A stretch of DNA of 64,000 bases from an uncultured Gammaproteobacteria bacterium (GTDB taxonomy: Bacteria > Patescibacteriota > Microgenomatia > PFEM01 > JAPLYW01): assembly GCA_965230945.1 (NCBI GenBank), contig OZ246397.1, positions 539,925 to 603,924 on the forward strand, given 5' to 3'. This document shows positions 33,851 to 43,411 of this stretch, piece after piece. A program made the translations under genes and the position numbers. Within the stretch, counting starts at the first letter, position 1, and every line of letters starts with the position of its first letter. The notes under the pieces are model-generated. The model was given only the letters and a program-made list of their open reading frames with translations, ran no database searches and was not told the DNA's origin.

Positions 33851-34129
33851 ATGTTTGATAAGTTTAAGCAAATGGGAGAGATGAAAAAAATGCGCGATGA
33901 AGCCCTGCGTATTCAAAGACAGCTGGCCGAGGAGAGGATTGAGGTTAACGAGGGTGACATTAAAGTTGTCATCAGCGGTGATCAACAGATCCAAGAGCTA
34001 GAGATTAACGGAGAGGGCAATGACGCTTTGATAAATGTTTTAAACAGGGCTTTAAAGCAATCTCAAAAAGTAGCCGCTCGTAAGGTTCAGGAAATGTCAG
34101 GGGGGCTTTCCGGATTGTTGGGGAAATAA
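33851..34129 (+). CDS. ybaB: Nucleoid-associated protein YbaB/EbfC
   Basis: Size, MGEMKKMRDEALRIQRQL pattern, dnaX-ybaB-recR synteny. Confidence 0.8.
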   Translation: MFDKFKQMGEMKKMRDEALRIQRQLAEERIEVNEGDIKVVISGDQQIQELEINGEGNDALINVLNRALKQSQKVAARKVQEMSGGLSGLLGK

Positions 34130-34173
34130 GCAAAGCTTGTTTCTCGTAAGCTCAAAATGATAAAATCTTTCCC

Positions 34174-34785
34174 ATGAATCTTCTTCCTCGTTCCATTAAA
34201 AAGCTGATTGAATCTTTTGAAAGGCTTCCTGGGATAGGTCCTAAAACAGCTCAGCGTTTAGTTTTTTATCTTCTTCATGTGCCTCAGTCTTATTTAGATG
34301 AGTTTGCCGAGTCTTTAAAACAATTGAAAGAGAAAACGGTCCTTTGTTCAATTTGTTTTAATGTGGCCGAAACTGATCCTTGCCAGATTTGTACTGATCA
34401 AAGTAGAGATAAGTCGCTTATCTGTGTGGTGGAGCAACCCTTGGATGTCATCGCTCTTGAAAAAACAGACAAATACAAAGGAGTTTACCATGTCCTCCAT
34501 GGAGCCATCTCGCCTTTAAATAATATTGGTCCGGAAGAACTTTATATCAAAGATTTTTTAAAGCGTCTTAATAATAAATCGTTGCCAATTAAAGAAATTA
34601 TTTTAGCTACCAATCCTAATATGGAAGGGGAAGCGACGGCCATGTATTTAGCTAAGCAGATTAAAAATCAAAAAAGCCAAGCTAAGATTACTAGATTGGG
34701 TCAGGGATTACCAACTGGGGCCGATTTAGAATATGCTGATGAATTGACTTTATCACGAGCTTTAGAGGGAAGAAAAGAGTTTTGA
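34174..34785 (+). CDS. recR: Recombination protein RecR
   Basis: LPGIGPKTAQRL HhH, C4 zinc finger CSICFN...CQIC, Toprim VVEQPLD. Confidence 0.95.
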   Translation: MNLLPRSIKKLIESFERLPGIGPKTAQRLVFYLLHVPQSYLDEFAESLKQLKEKTVLCSICFNVAETDPCQICTDQSRDKSLICVVEQPLDVIALEKTDKYKGVYHVLHGAISPLNNIGPEELYIKDFLKRLNNKSLPIKEIILATNPNMEGEATAMYLAKQIKNQKSQAKITRLGQGLPTGADLEYADELTLSRALEGRKEF

Positions 34786-34792
34786 AATGGAA

Positions 34793-34854
34793 AAGGGGAC
34801 AGAAAAATATTTATTCTTACTTAGAAATAAAGTAAGTATTTTTCAAGTCCCCTT
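34793..34854. terminator. Long imperfect hairpin, probable bidirectional terminator between convergent genes
   Basis: AAGGGGAC (34793-34800) pairs with GTCCCCTT (34847-34854); inner CTTACTT/AAGTAAG stem. Confidence 0.5.
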
Positions 34855-34924
34855 GTATGTATTAAAAATAAAGAACTGTAAGTGCTAATCATACTCTGGT
34901 AAAGCAATTGCCCCCACATTTTAT

Positions 34925-35056
34925 TTACTTACCAATAATTTTCGCTATGAGTGTTTCCTCATACAGTAATGTGCTGTAAAAGGCTCGCTCTTCATTGTCT
35001 GGATTGGCTTCATTGCCAATCACAATCTTTTCCCTTTCTTTTTGTGCTTCTGCCAA
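34925..35056 (-). CDS. Small ORF (43 aa, TTG start), hypothetical; below the ORF-track cut-off
   Basis: Manual read: GGGAGG 5 nt upstream of the TTG; MAEAQKERKKIVIGNEANPDNEERAFYSTLLYEETLIAKIIGK. Confidence 0.25.
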   Translation of the reverse strand: MAEAQKEREKIVIGNEANPDNEERAFYSTLLYEETLIAKIIGK

Positions 35057-35117
35057 AATGACCTCCCTTTTCTTTTTTTGTTCTTTATTTTAAAAGTGCT
35101 TTTTACTAATTAGATAA

Positions 35118-35516
35118 TTAGACCGCTATTTTTAATTTTTTCTCTATTTCTTGATATTTCTCTCTATTGAGATTGTTTTTGAGAAAATCTCCTTTATTGT
35201 TTCCGAGCGTTTTTGTGCATTGTATACAAAATGGGAAACAAAGATTTTCAACGAGATTATGATCAATCTTCCTTTTTTTACAACAAGGACAAATTCCTTT
35301 CTGAGATTCTGCAACAGCAATTGCTATTATGATTTCCTTGAGTCTTAAATTAGAAAGAAGATCTAGAGATTCTTCCATTTCTCTCGCCTTAATGTTATTA
35401 GGAGTTTCTTCCCCATCTTTTAGTCTTCTGGGCTTCTTTTTAATGCTTAATTTTTTCATTAATGCTTTCCCTTTTTCCCTCAATGAACTGATAGATCTTT
35501 CGAGTAATTCGTCCAA
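35118..35516 (-). CDS. Hypothetical protein with CxxC...CxxC zinc-ribbon-like motif
   Basis: CPCCKKRK...(17 aa)...CIQCTK; Lys/Glu-rich helices. Confidence 0.4.
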   Translation of the reverse strand: MDELLERSISSLREKGKALMKKLSIKKKPRRLKDGEETPNNIKAREMEESLDLLSNLRLKEIIIAIAVAESQKGICPCCKKRKIDHNLVENLCFPFCIQCTKTLGNNKGDFLKNNLNREKYQEIEKKLKIAV

Positions 35517-35638
35517 TGTCTGCCTCCCTTTCTCTTTTTCTTTTTAATTAATTATCTAATTGTAAAAGAACATCTACCTGCTAAGATTTTATCCTATAAC
35601 TATAGGAATAGGTATTATTATCTAACAAGAAATTGAAT

Positions 35639-35667
35639 TTGTCAAGTTTGCTGGTAGATGGTATATT
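35639..35667 (+). promoter_or_regulatory. Sigma70-like promoter candidate
   Basis: TTGTCA (35639-35644), 17 nt spacer, TATATT (35662-35667); upstream of 35679. Confidence 0.35.
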
Positions 35668-35678
35668 AAGTTAAGATT

Positions 35679-36089
35679 ATGGTTGATGATAAAAAAGTTT
35701 CCCAGATTCTAAGACAGGTAAGGCAGAGAAGCGATGAGAGGTTTCCTGAAGATAAAATACCTGCCCCTGAAGGTGGTATCCTAGATAAGAATCTTTTAGA
35801 TAATTCTGAAAAAAAGAGTTCTTTAGAATCTGAACAGGAAAAAGTACAGGATGAATCTTGGGCTAAAAAAAGAATAGCTGAACTTGAGGCAGAGATAAAA
35901 AAACTAACTTATGAAAGACAGCAAGAGATGAGAGCTAGATATGAACAGAAAAAGAAGGAAGAGGAGAAAAAAGAGGCTTCAGTACCGGTAGTGGCAAGCA
36001 AACCTAAGAGAGGATTTTGGGGGCGGCGGATTAAGTCTGCTCAACAACAGACTCAGCCAGAAACGGTTGGAAGGAGAGTCAGCGGCTAA
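35679..36089 (+). CDS. Hypothetical Lys/Glu-rich protein
   Basis: Stop overlaps the cysS ATG (TAATG); coiled low-complexity sequence; no family recognised. Confidence 0.4.
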   Translation: MVDDKKVSQILRQVRQRSDERFPEDKIPAPEGGILDKNLLDNSEKKSSLESEQEKVQDESWAKKRIAELEAEIKKLTYERQQEMRARYEQKKKEEEKKEASVPVVASKPKRGFWGRRIKSAQQQTQPETVGRRVSG

Positions 36090-37477
36090 TGAGGCTTTAT
36101 AATACTGCCAGTAGAAGATTGGAAGAATTTAAGCCCATTAAAAAAGGAGAGGTGGGTATTTATTCCTGTGGCCCCACTGTTTATTGGAATCAGCATTTAG
36201 GCCATATGTATGCCTATGTGCAATGGGATGTTCTAGTTAGATTTTTTAAATATTTAGGTTACAAAACTAAATGGGTAATGAATATTACTGATGTTGGCCA
36301 TCTGACTTCTGATGAAGATAGTGGCGAAGATAAAATGGAAAAGGGAGCCAAAAGAGAAGGTCTAAATGTTTGGCAAATTGCCGAAAAGTATCTTAAACAG
36401 TTTTTAGAAAGTTTAAAACTTCTAAATATTCAAAAACCAGATGTTTTATCTAAAGCTACCGGTCACATTCAAGAACAAATAGATCTTATTAAAAAAATAG
36501 AGAAAAATGGTTTTACTTATAAAACCAAGACAGGTCTTGTTTTTGGTACTTCCAAGTTTACTGGTTATGCTAAGTTTGCCAAATTGAATTTAGAAAAACT
36601 TAAGATTGGCAAAAGAGTAAAAGTTGATAAAGAAAAAAAACAACCTTGGGACTTTCTTTTATGGGTAACTAATCAACCTCAGCATGTTATGCAGTGGGAT
36701 AGCCCTTGGGGACGAGGCTTCCCAGGTTGGCATATTGAATGTACGGCCATGTCAACCAAATATCTGGGAGAAAGATTTGATATTCACACTGGTGGCGTTG
36801 AGCATATTCCCGTTCATCATACTAATGAGATTGCTCAAGCTTATGGAGCTTTTGGTCACCAAGCGGTTAATTATTGGCTTCATAACGAATGGTTGGTTTT
36901 TGCAGGAGAAAAAATGAGTAAAAGCTTGGGTAAGAGTATTTTAGCAATGGATTTGATTAAAAAAGGTTATGACCCTTTAGCCTTTAGATATTTAATTTTA
37001 AATTCTCATTATCGAGGTGGACTTAATTTTACCTGGAAGTCTTTACGGGGTGCCCAAACAGCCCTCAATAGACTAAAGGCGATCATTACCGAATTAAAGA
37101 AAGATAAAGAAGGGAATTCTTCGGACAAGAAAGAAGAGGTCTTTAAAGAGAAATTTTTAGAGGTGATGAATGATGATCTTAATATTCCTCAGGCTTTGGC
37201 TTTAGTTTGGGAAGTTTTAAGATCTGATCTTAGCTCTTCTGCGAAGCTGAAGTTGGCCTTAGATTTTGATCAGGTTTTAGGATTGGATCTTGATAAGCAA
37301 ACAGCCAAGAAATTAATAGTTCCTGAAAAGATAAAGAAATTATTAAAGGAAAGAAATAAGCTAAGAGGAAAAAAAGATTGGCAAAAAGCAGATGAAGTTC
37401 GTAAACAAATAGAAGAATTAGGTTGGGTACTCAAGGACACCACCAAAGGAACGATAGTAGAAAAGAAATTTAATTGA
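36089..37477 (+). CDS. cysS: Cysteinyl-tRNA synthetase
   Basis: [16 protein letters not shown] (HIGH), [16 protein letters not shown] (KMSKS). Confidence 0.95.
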   Translation: MRLYNTASRRLEEFKPIKKGEVGIYSCGPTVYWNQHLGHMYAYVQWDVLVRFFKYLGYKTKWVMNITDVGHLTSDEDSGEDKMEKGAKREGLNVWQIAEKYLKQFLESLKLLNIQKPDVLSKATGHIQEQIDLIKKIEKNGFTYKTKTGLVFGTSKFTGYAKFAKLNLEKLKIGKRVKVDKEKKQPWDFLLWVTNQPQHVMQWDSPWGRGFPGWHIECTAMSTKYLGERFDIHTGGVEHIPVHHTNEIAQAYGAFGHQAVNYWLHNEWLVFAGEKMSKSLGKSILAMDLIKKGYDPLAFRYLILNSHYRGGLNFTWKSLRGAQTALNRLKAIITELKKDKEGNSSDKKEEVFKEKFLEVMNDDLNIPQALALVWEVLRSDLSSSAKLKLALDFDQVLGLDLDKQTAKKLIVPEKIKKLLKERNKLRGKKDWQKADEVRKQIEELGWVLKDTTKGTIVEKKFN

Positions 37478-37504
37478 TCAAATTAATAGCTTTAAATATT
37501 TAAA

Positions 37505-38155
37505 GTGAAAAAGGTAACTTTAATATTAATATCGGTAGTGACAATTTTGTTTTTAACTAATCTAGTTGCTTTGGATGTTGGTTGGCTGAAAGCAAGAAGG
37601 GGTCAGGATTTAGCAAAAGGATCAGCTAAAGTTGTTTCCGATTCTGTTTTACTGCCAACGCCCCTAGTTGAAAGCTGTGGCCTCGCTTGTCAGCAATTGA
37701 TTGATGACAAAATTTCCCAGGCTATTTCTACTGTTTCTGGCAAAGAAACAATTAGAGAAACCAAGGTGGTAGAAAAAAGCACTTCTCAGCCTCAAGTGGT
37801 TTATATCCCTTTAGGTGGCGGTGGCTCAACGACTAATAGAGATTGGGCAGATGTTGGTAATGCTGAAGTTTATTTAAATATTAACGATTATCCTAATTTA
37901 GATAGAGCTTACTTTGAGGGTTTTATTAAAGTGAAACATGGTAATGGTAAGGTTTACGCTCGTCTTTATGACGTTACTCATAGTATTGGAGTGCAGGGAG
38001 GAGAGATATCCTCAGATAGCGAAACCTTTACTTTAGTTGAATCAGGTTCTTTAAATTTTTGGCAGGGTAAAAACCTTTATCGGGTCCAGGTTAAATCTTT
38101 AAACGGGTATGAAGCCTTTTTTGATTCAGGCAGGATTAGAATTATTTTAAATTAG
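37505..38155 (+). CDS. Hypothetical secreted/membrane-anchored protein (GTG start)
   Basis: N-terminal TM/signal helix; beta-rich C-terminus; no family recognised. Confidence 0.4.
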   Translation: MKKVTLILISVVTILFLTNLVALDVGWLKARRGQDLAKGSAKVVSDSVLLPTPLVESCGLACQQLIDDKISQAISTVSGKETIRETKVVEKSTSQPQVVYIPLGGGGSTTNRDWADVGNAEVYLNINDYPNLDRAYFEGFIKVKHGNGKVYARLYDVTHSIGVQGGEISSDSETFTLVESGSLNFWQGKNLYRVQVKSLNGYEAFFDSGRIRIILN

Positions 38156-38232
38156 TTGACTTTTAAAGGGCAGAAGAGTATCTTAGAATCAAACTGCCCA
38201 AGAGGCAGTTTTGTAATTTTTATGAGATTTTT

Positions 38233-38628
38233 ATGAAAGCAGAAACATTAAGAAAAGAAAGACCAGATTTCGGTTCTTATTTCCAAGAAAAGATATTTTT
38301 GGTTAAAGAGGTAAAGATCCTGCCTGTTATAAAAAAGGTCTTTAAGAAAGCAAGGGAGGATTATCTTTTTGAGGAAACTAAGGCTGACAAGGGTAAATTG
38401 ATAATGGATATTACATGGGGGGAGGAGAACAATTTTTGTAATGTCTTTTTTATCACTGCTGACTTGGAAGAAAGAAAAATAAAGATTTCCGGGCTTAATC
38501 CCTGCGAGTTAGAAGAAAAAGAATGGAAAGATAAAGACATTTTAGAAGCAAAAATAAAAGAGGCCTTTAGTCAGCCGGTAAAAAGGTCAAAAGTACCCTT
38601 TGACGAGTATTTAAAATGGATAGGTTAA
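38233..38628 (+). CDS. Hypothetical protein
   Basis: ORF only. Confidence 0.35.
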   Translation: MKAETLRKERPDFGSYFQEKIFLVKEVKILPVIKKVFKKAREDYLFEETKADKGKLIMDITWGEENNFCNVFFITADLEERKIKISGLNPCELEEKEWKDKDILEAKIKEAFSQPVKRSKVPFDEYLKWIG

Positions 38629-38758
38629 AAAAGTGGAAAAAAACGAACATTAAGCTTTGAATGTTAAAAAGGCAAGATCTTTTTATCTTGTCTTAAGCTA
38701 TACTAAGTCTTGTTTCTCTTCTTTGTTTTATGCTATACTCAACTCCAGGTAAAGTGTT

Positions 38759-39046
38759 ATGCGTGACTACGAATTGACTTTGGTGATTGATCCGGATTTG
38801 ACTTCGGAAAATCAAAAAAAATTAATAAATAAAGTTAAAAAATTTGTTGAAGACATAAAAGGCAAGGTGGAGAAGATTGATGATTGGGGAAAGAAGGAAT
38901 TGGCGTACCCCATAAAAAAGAAAAATATGGGGTCTTATTTTTTGTGTCAGATAAACTTACCTGAAGATGGGGTTGATAAATTAGATAAAAAGCTTAAAGT
39001 AGAAGAAGAGATTATTAGATTTTTACAAGTAAAAAAAGAAAAATAG
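38759..39046 (+). CDS. rpsF: 30S ribosomal protein S6
   Basis: MRDYELTLVIDPDL, WGKKELAYPI; rpsF-ssb-rpsR order. Confidence 0.9.
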   Translation: MRDYELTLVIDPDLTSENQKKLINKVKKFVEDIKGKVEKIDDWGKKELAYPIKKKNMGSYFLCQINLPEDGVDKLDKKLKVEEEIIRFLQVKKEK

Positions 39047-39091
39047 TTCTTATTTAATTATTTATATTCTAAAAAGAAAGAGGACTAAAAA

Positions 39092-39682
39092 ATGTCAGCA
39101 CGTTCATTAAACAAAGCCCAACTTATCGGTAATCTAACCCGTGATCCTGAATTACGTTATACTCCTCAGGGAACAGCTGTTTGTACTTTTGGTTTGGCTA
39201 CTAATCGTACTTGGACTACTGAGAGTAATGAAAAGAAGGAAGATACCCAGTTTCATCGTATTGTTGCCTGGAATAAGTTGGCCGAGCTTTGCTCACAACT
39301 TCTTTTTAAAGGAAGAAAGGTTTTCGTTGAAGGTCGCCTTCAGACTAGAGAGTGGACCGGCAAGGACGGAGTTGCTCGGCAGACAACTGAGGTGGTTATT
39401 ACCGAGATGATCATTTTAGATTCTAAAAGAGCTCCTAGTGAAGAAGCTGTAGAAACTCAAATTGGTCAAGAAGCTAAGGTAGCTCCAACAGGAGAGGTTA
39501 TAGTAGGAGCTGTTGAACCTGCTGGAACTAGTGAAGAAGTTCCAGAGGAAAAGAAAGCTTCAGGTAAAAAAGCCGCCAGTTCAAGCTCTAAAACAGCCGA
39601 AGCTGAGGAAAAAAAGGTAAAGGAAGAGACTAAGGAAGAAGCTGAATCTAACGAGGTGAAGCCTGAAGATATTCCCTTTTAA
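39092..39682 (+). CDS. ssb: Single-stranded DNA-binding protein
   Basis: LNKAQLIGNLTRDPELRYTPQG, FHRIVAWNKLAE, acidic tail ending EDIPF. Confidence 0.95.
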   Translation: MSARSLNKAQLIGNLTRDPELRYTPQGTAVCTFGLATNRTWTTESNEKKEDTQFHRIVAWNKLAELCSQLLFKGRKVFVEGRLQTREWTGKDGVARQTTEVVITEMIILDSKRAPSEEAVETQIGQEAKVAPTGEVIVGAVEPAGTSEEVPEEKKASGKKAASSSSKTAEAEEKKVKEETKEEAESNEVKPEDIPF

Positions 39683-39705
39683 AAAGCTTTTTAATTTAAA
39701 ACAGA

Positions 39706-39909
39706 ATGGAAAATAGTTGTTCATTTTGTCAATCAGGCAAGAATCCTGATTACAAAAATTTTAACGAATTAAAGAATTTTATTTCCGATCAAGGAAAAAT
39801 TCAAAAGCATTTGCGGACAAATGTTTGTGCTAAGCATCAGCGGAAGCTTGCTAAAGCTATTAAACGATCTAGATTCTTAGCCTTGCTTCCGTTTTCAACC
39901 CGTGTTTAA
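39706..39909 (+). CDS. rpsR: 30S ribosomal protein S18
   Basis: DYKNFNELKNFISDQGKI, KHQRKLAKAIKRSRFLALLPF. Confidence 0.9.
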   Translation: MENSCSFCQSGKNPDYKNFNELKNFISDQGKIQKHLRTNVCAKHQRKLAKAIKRSRFLALLPFSTRV

Positions 39910-39910
39910 A

Positions 39911-41137
39911 ATGAGGGTTAAGTTGAATTTACGTTCTGCCAGATTAATAATTTTTGTTTTTTTACTAACTGCCATTTCCGGTGGTTTAGGTTTTTTCTTA
40001 GGTACTCATCGAGTTAAGGTAGAGCTTGCCAAATTTCCTTCTCTAAAAATTGAAAGAAAAGTTCCCCAAGATAAACAAGAAGTTGATTTTTCTTTGTTTT
40101 GGGATGTTTGGGACAGATTAGAAAAAGACTATCTTGATAAAAATGCTCTTGATCCATCTGAGATGATTTATGGGGCTATTCGGGGAATGGTAGCTTCCTT
40201 AGGTGATCCTTACACCGTCTTTTTAAAACCCCCAGAGAAAAAGGAGGTAAAAGAAGATCTTAATGGGGCTTTTGAAGGCATTGGTATTCAGTTAGGTTAT
40301 CAGGATGAACAAATGGCGGTTATTGCTCCGCTTTCGGGCACGCCTGCTTTTAAAGCCGGGCTTAAAGCGGGTGACCTCATTTTGAAAATCAATGATCAAC
40401 CAACTAATAATATCTCTCTACCTGAGGCAGTTCGTTTAATCCGTGGTCCTAAAGGAACAGAGATTGTTTTGACTTTACTTCATAAAGGAGAGACGGATCC
40501 TTACAAGGCTAAAATCATTAGAGATACGATTATTGTTCCCAGTGTGAAGGTTGAATTTATAGGCGATAAAGAAGATATCGCTCACTTAAAACTTCTAAAA
40601 TTTGGTGATCGTACCTCTGGAGAATGGCATCAAGCCATTTCAGATATTCTTGCTCATGACCCTCAAGTTAAAGGTATTATCCTTGATGTTCGCAACAATC
40701 CTGGTGGTTATCTTTCCGGCTCTGTTTTTATTGCTTCAGAGTTTTTAACTTCAGGAGTGATAGTCCAGCAGGAATACAATGGAGGGGAGAAGAAAGAGAC
40801 TTTTTCTGTTAATAGGGCAGGTAAATTAACTACACAGCCTTTGGTAGTTTTGATTAATAAAGGTAGTGCTTCGGCATCAGAGATTGTGGCGGGGGCTTTG
40901 CAAGATTACAAACGAGCTACCATTGTGGGCGAGAAAAGCTTTGGTAAGGGAACAATTCAAGAAGCCCAGGACTTGCCTGGAGATACCGGGCTACATATTA
41001 CCACCGCGCGTTGGTTACTGCCTTTAGGCTCATCGATTAATAAGATAGGAGTGACTCCTGACAATGAAATAGCAGATAATCTAGAGACAGAAGATATTGA
41101 CGAACAACTGCAAAAGGCCATAGAGTTATTAGAATGA
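39911..41137 (+). CDS. ctpA: C-terminal processing (tail-specific) peptidase, S41 family, with PDZ
   Basis: GAIRGMVASLGDPYTVFL, FEGIGIQL, PDZ GLKAGDLILKIND, DVRNNPGG, GSASASEI. ATG 39911 is preferred over GTG 39902. Confidence 0.85.
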   Translation: MRVKLNLRSARLIIFVFLLTAISGGLGFFLGTHRVKVELAKFPSLKIERKVPQDKQEVDFSLFWDVWDRLEKDYLDKNALDPSEMIYGAIRGMVASLGDPYTVFLKPPEKKEVKEDLNGAFEGIGIQLGYQDEQMAVIAPLSGTPAFKAGLKAGDLILKINDQPTNNISLPEAVRLIRGPKGTEIVLTLLHKGETDPYKAKIIRDTIIVPSVKVEFIGDKEDIAHLKLLKFGDRTSGEWHQAISDILAHDPQVKGIILDVRNNPGGYLSGSVFIASEFLTSGVIVQQEYNGGEKKETFSVNRAGKLTTQPLVVLINKGSASASEIVAGALQDYKRATIVGEKSFGKGTIQEAQDLPGDTGLHITTARWLLPLGSSINKIGVTPDNEIADNLETEDIDEQLQKAIELLE

Positions 41138-42315
41138 ATACCAAAGTAATTGACAGAATAAAAAAGATTATTATTGGTGTTGCTGTTGCCGTTGTCGTTT
41201 TGTCCTCTATTGTCGGGGGAGCCATTTCCGATCGTTTGTTTGGCTATAGAATTCTTGATCGCTTCTTTCCCAGATCAGAGACAATACCTGCTCTGACTTC
41301 ACGGTTAATATTAACTGAAGAATCAGTAGTTATTGATGTTGTCGAAAAAGCAGGACCTTCGGTAGTGACCATTGTTATTGAAAAAGAGCAGAAAGAAATA
41401 TCTCCCTTTGCCATTGAATTTGGCCCTTTTGGTTTAAACATTCCTGAAGTTGAAACAGAGACCAAACAAATTAAAGAAAATATTGGCACCGGTTTTATCA
41501 TTTCCCAAGATGGTTTAATTGTTACCAATAAACATGTGGTCATTAACAAAGAAGCCAAATATAAAGTTCTTACTAAGGATGATAAAGAATATGAAGTAAG
41601 TAAGATTTATCGTGATCCGGTAAATGATTTGGCTATTTTAAAACTTGATGGGGCAGTAAATCTCCAGCCAATAAAGATGGGTGATTCTGACAAATTAAAA
41701 GTGGGGCAGTTTGTTATTACTATTGGTACCGCTTTAGGAGAATTTAAAAACACAGTGACGACGGGAGTTATCTCAGGATTAGGTAGAGGTATTACGGCGG
41801 GTTCAGCATTTGAAGGTTTTGTTGAGCGTTTAGATAATGTTATTCAGACTGATGCCGCCATTAATCCTGGTAATTCAGGGGGTCCGCTCTTAAATTCAAT
41901 TGGACAGGTTATTGGTATTAATGTCGCCATTGCCGCCCAAGGACAAAATATTAGTTTTGCTATTCCTATTAATACTATTAAAGAAGCCATTGAGAATTTT
42001 AACAGAACTGGCAAGTTTGAAAGAGCGTTCTTAGGTATCCGTTACCGTTTAATTAGTCGTGATATCGCCTTGATGAATGATGTTCCTCAGGGAGTCTATG
42101 TGGTGGAAGTTATTTCAGGTTCGGCAGCTGATGAAGCTGATATTAAGGTGGGAGATATCATTACTGAGTTTGATGACCAAAAGATTAGAGAAGAGGAGAA
42201 GACTTTAGCAGAGCTGATCTCTAAAAAGAAGATTGGTGATACGGTTAAGCTAAAGATCTGGCGAGATGGACAAGAGCTAGAAAAGAAGGTTGTTTTACAA
42301 GGTTATGTAGAATAG
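41134..42315 (+). CDS. htrA: HtrA/DegP-family serine protease with PDZ
   Basis: GTGFIISQDGLIVTNKHV (His), NDLAILK (Asp), GNSGGPLLN (Ser), PDZ tail. Confidence 0.9.
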   Translation: MNTKVIDRIKKIIIGVAVAVVVLSSIVGGAISDRLFGYRILDRFFPRSETIPALTSRLILTEESVVIDVVEKAGPSVVTIVIEKEQKEISPFAIEFGPFGLNIPEVETETKQIKENIGTGFIISQDGLIVTNKHVVINKEAKYKVLTKDDKEYEVSKIYRDPVNDLAILKLDGAVNLQPIKMGDSDKLKVGQFVITIGTALGEFKNTVTTGVISGLGRGITAGSAFEGFVERLDNVIQTDAAINPGNSGGPLLNSIGQVIGINVAIAAQGQNISFAIPINTIKEAIENFNRTGKFERAFLGIRYRLISRDIALMNDVPQGVYVVEVISGSAADEADIKVGDIITEFDDQKIREEEKTLAELISKKKIGDTVKLKIWRDGQELEKKVVLQGYVE

Positions 42316-42317
42316 CT

Positions 42318-43031
42318 TTAGTTCTGAAACTTTTTAAGAATTTTATCCAAGTTACCGTTTAAAATACTTTCTAAGTTATGGAAAGATTTTTTGAGTCTGT
42401 GGTCTGTGATTCTGTCTTGGGGGAAATTATAAGTTCTTATCTTTTCCGCCCTCATACCTCGGCCGATAAAGGAGCGATAACCGGAAATGGTGGATTCTTT
42501 TTTCAGTTCTTCTTGTTCCCAAAGTTTAGATCTTAATAATTCTAAGGCGATTTGGCGATTTTGTTCTTGAGATCTTTCTTGTTCACAAACAACTACGGTA
42601 TTTGTTGGTTTATGAATCAAGCGTACGGCACTGGAAACTTTCTGTACATTTTGACCACCCTGAGATGAGGCTCTAAAAAACTGCCATTCTAAATTAGCGG
42701 GATTGATTTTTATCTGACTTTCACTAATTTCTGGTAAAACAGCCACCGTAGCCGTGGAGGTGTGAATTCGTCCATATCTTTCTGTTTTAGGGATTCGCTG
42801 GACTCGGTGTACTCCAGCTTCGTTTTTTAAAAGTTCAAAGCTATCTTTTCCCTTGATACGTAAGGTTGCATTGCCGATCAGTTGTGTTTGCCAGTTTTGT
42901 TTTTCAGCAAAGCGTAAATACATTCTCAATAAATCTTGAGCCCAGATTTTAGCTTCATCACCGCCGGCAGCGGCCCTAATTTCTAAAAGAGCACGATCTT
43001 TATTAAATAATGGTGAACTTGATTGATCCAT
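42318..43031 (-). CDS. prfA: Peptide chain release factor, RF1-type (PxT), lacking N-terminal domain 1 (237 aa)
   Basis: LEIRAAAGGDEAKIWAQDLLRMY, RVQRIPKTERYGRIHTSTATVAVLPE (PKT tripeptide), SSQGGQNVQKVSSAVRL (GGQ), RTYNFPQDRITDHR. Only 8 nt separate it from the upstream rpmE stop. Confidence 0.8.
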   Translation of the reverse strand: MDQSSSPLFNKDRALLEIRAAAGGDEAKIWAQDLLRMYLRFAEKQNWQTQLIGNATLRIKGKDSFELLKNEAGVHRVQRIPKTERYGRIHTSTATVAVLPEISESQIKINPANLEWQFFRASSQGGQNVQKVSSAVRLIHKPTNTVVVCEQERSQEQNRQIALELLRSKLWEQEELKKESTISGYRSFIGRGMRAEKIRTYNFPQDRITDHRLKKSFHNLESILNGNLDKILKKFQN

Positions 43032-43039
43032 GGAGATAA

Positions 43040-43327
43040 TTATTTGTCTAACATTTCTTTTAGGCTTTTAGGACGAGTTGTTTTAGCCTCTTTGACTTTT
43101 TCTTTTCTCTTATGAGGAGTGCTTTTAACGGCCTCTTGTTTGGCTTTGAATTTTTCAATACGGCCTTTAGTATCAACAAACTTCATTTCTCCGGTAAAGA
43201 AGGGATGGCAAGCAGAACAAATCTCAACATGAATGTTGGGTTTGGTTGAACCCACGGTGAAACTAGACCCGCAGGCACAGGTTACTTTTGCATCTGGATA
43301 CCAGGCAGGATGAATACCTTTTTTCAT
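43040..43327 (-). CDS. rpmE: 50S ribosomal protein L31 (Zn-ribbon type) with basic C-terminal extension
   Basis: MKKGIHP, CACGSSF...[10 protein letters not shown]. Confidence 0.9.
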   Translation of the reverse strand: MKKGIHPAWYPDAKVTCACGSSFTVGSTKPNIHVEICSACHPFFTGEMKFVDTKGRIEKFKAKQEAVKSTPHKRKEKVKEAKTTRPKSLKEMLDK

Positions 43328-43411
43328 GCCTAAATTTTACCATAAAAAAATCTACCTCACAAGGTAGAATTAGGTGTTGTTTTTTTATCTTTTGCTTTCT
43401 ACAATTAGGTT

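Noticed and set aside
42318-43031. Domain-1-less RF1 as a sign of stop-codon reassignment (UGA recoding, as in some candidate phyla).
   Set aside because: Many well-conserved genes here end at TGA at the expected position (for example mreC at 4786-4788 and the ProRS paralog at 28993-28995). No conserved gene needs read-through of TGA.
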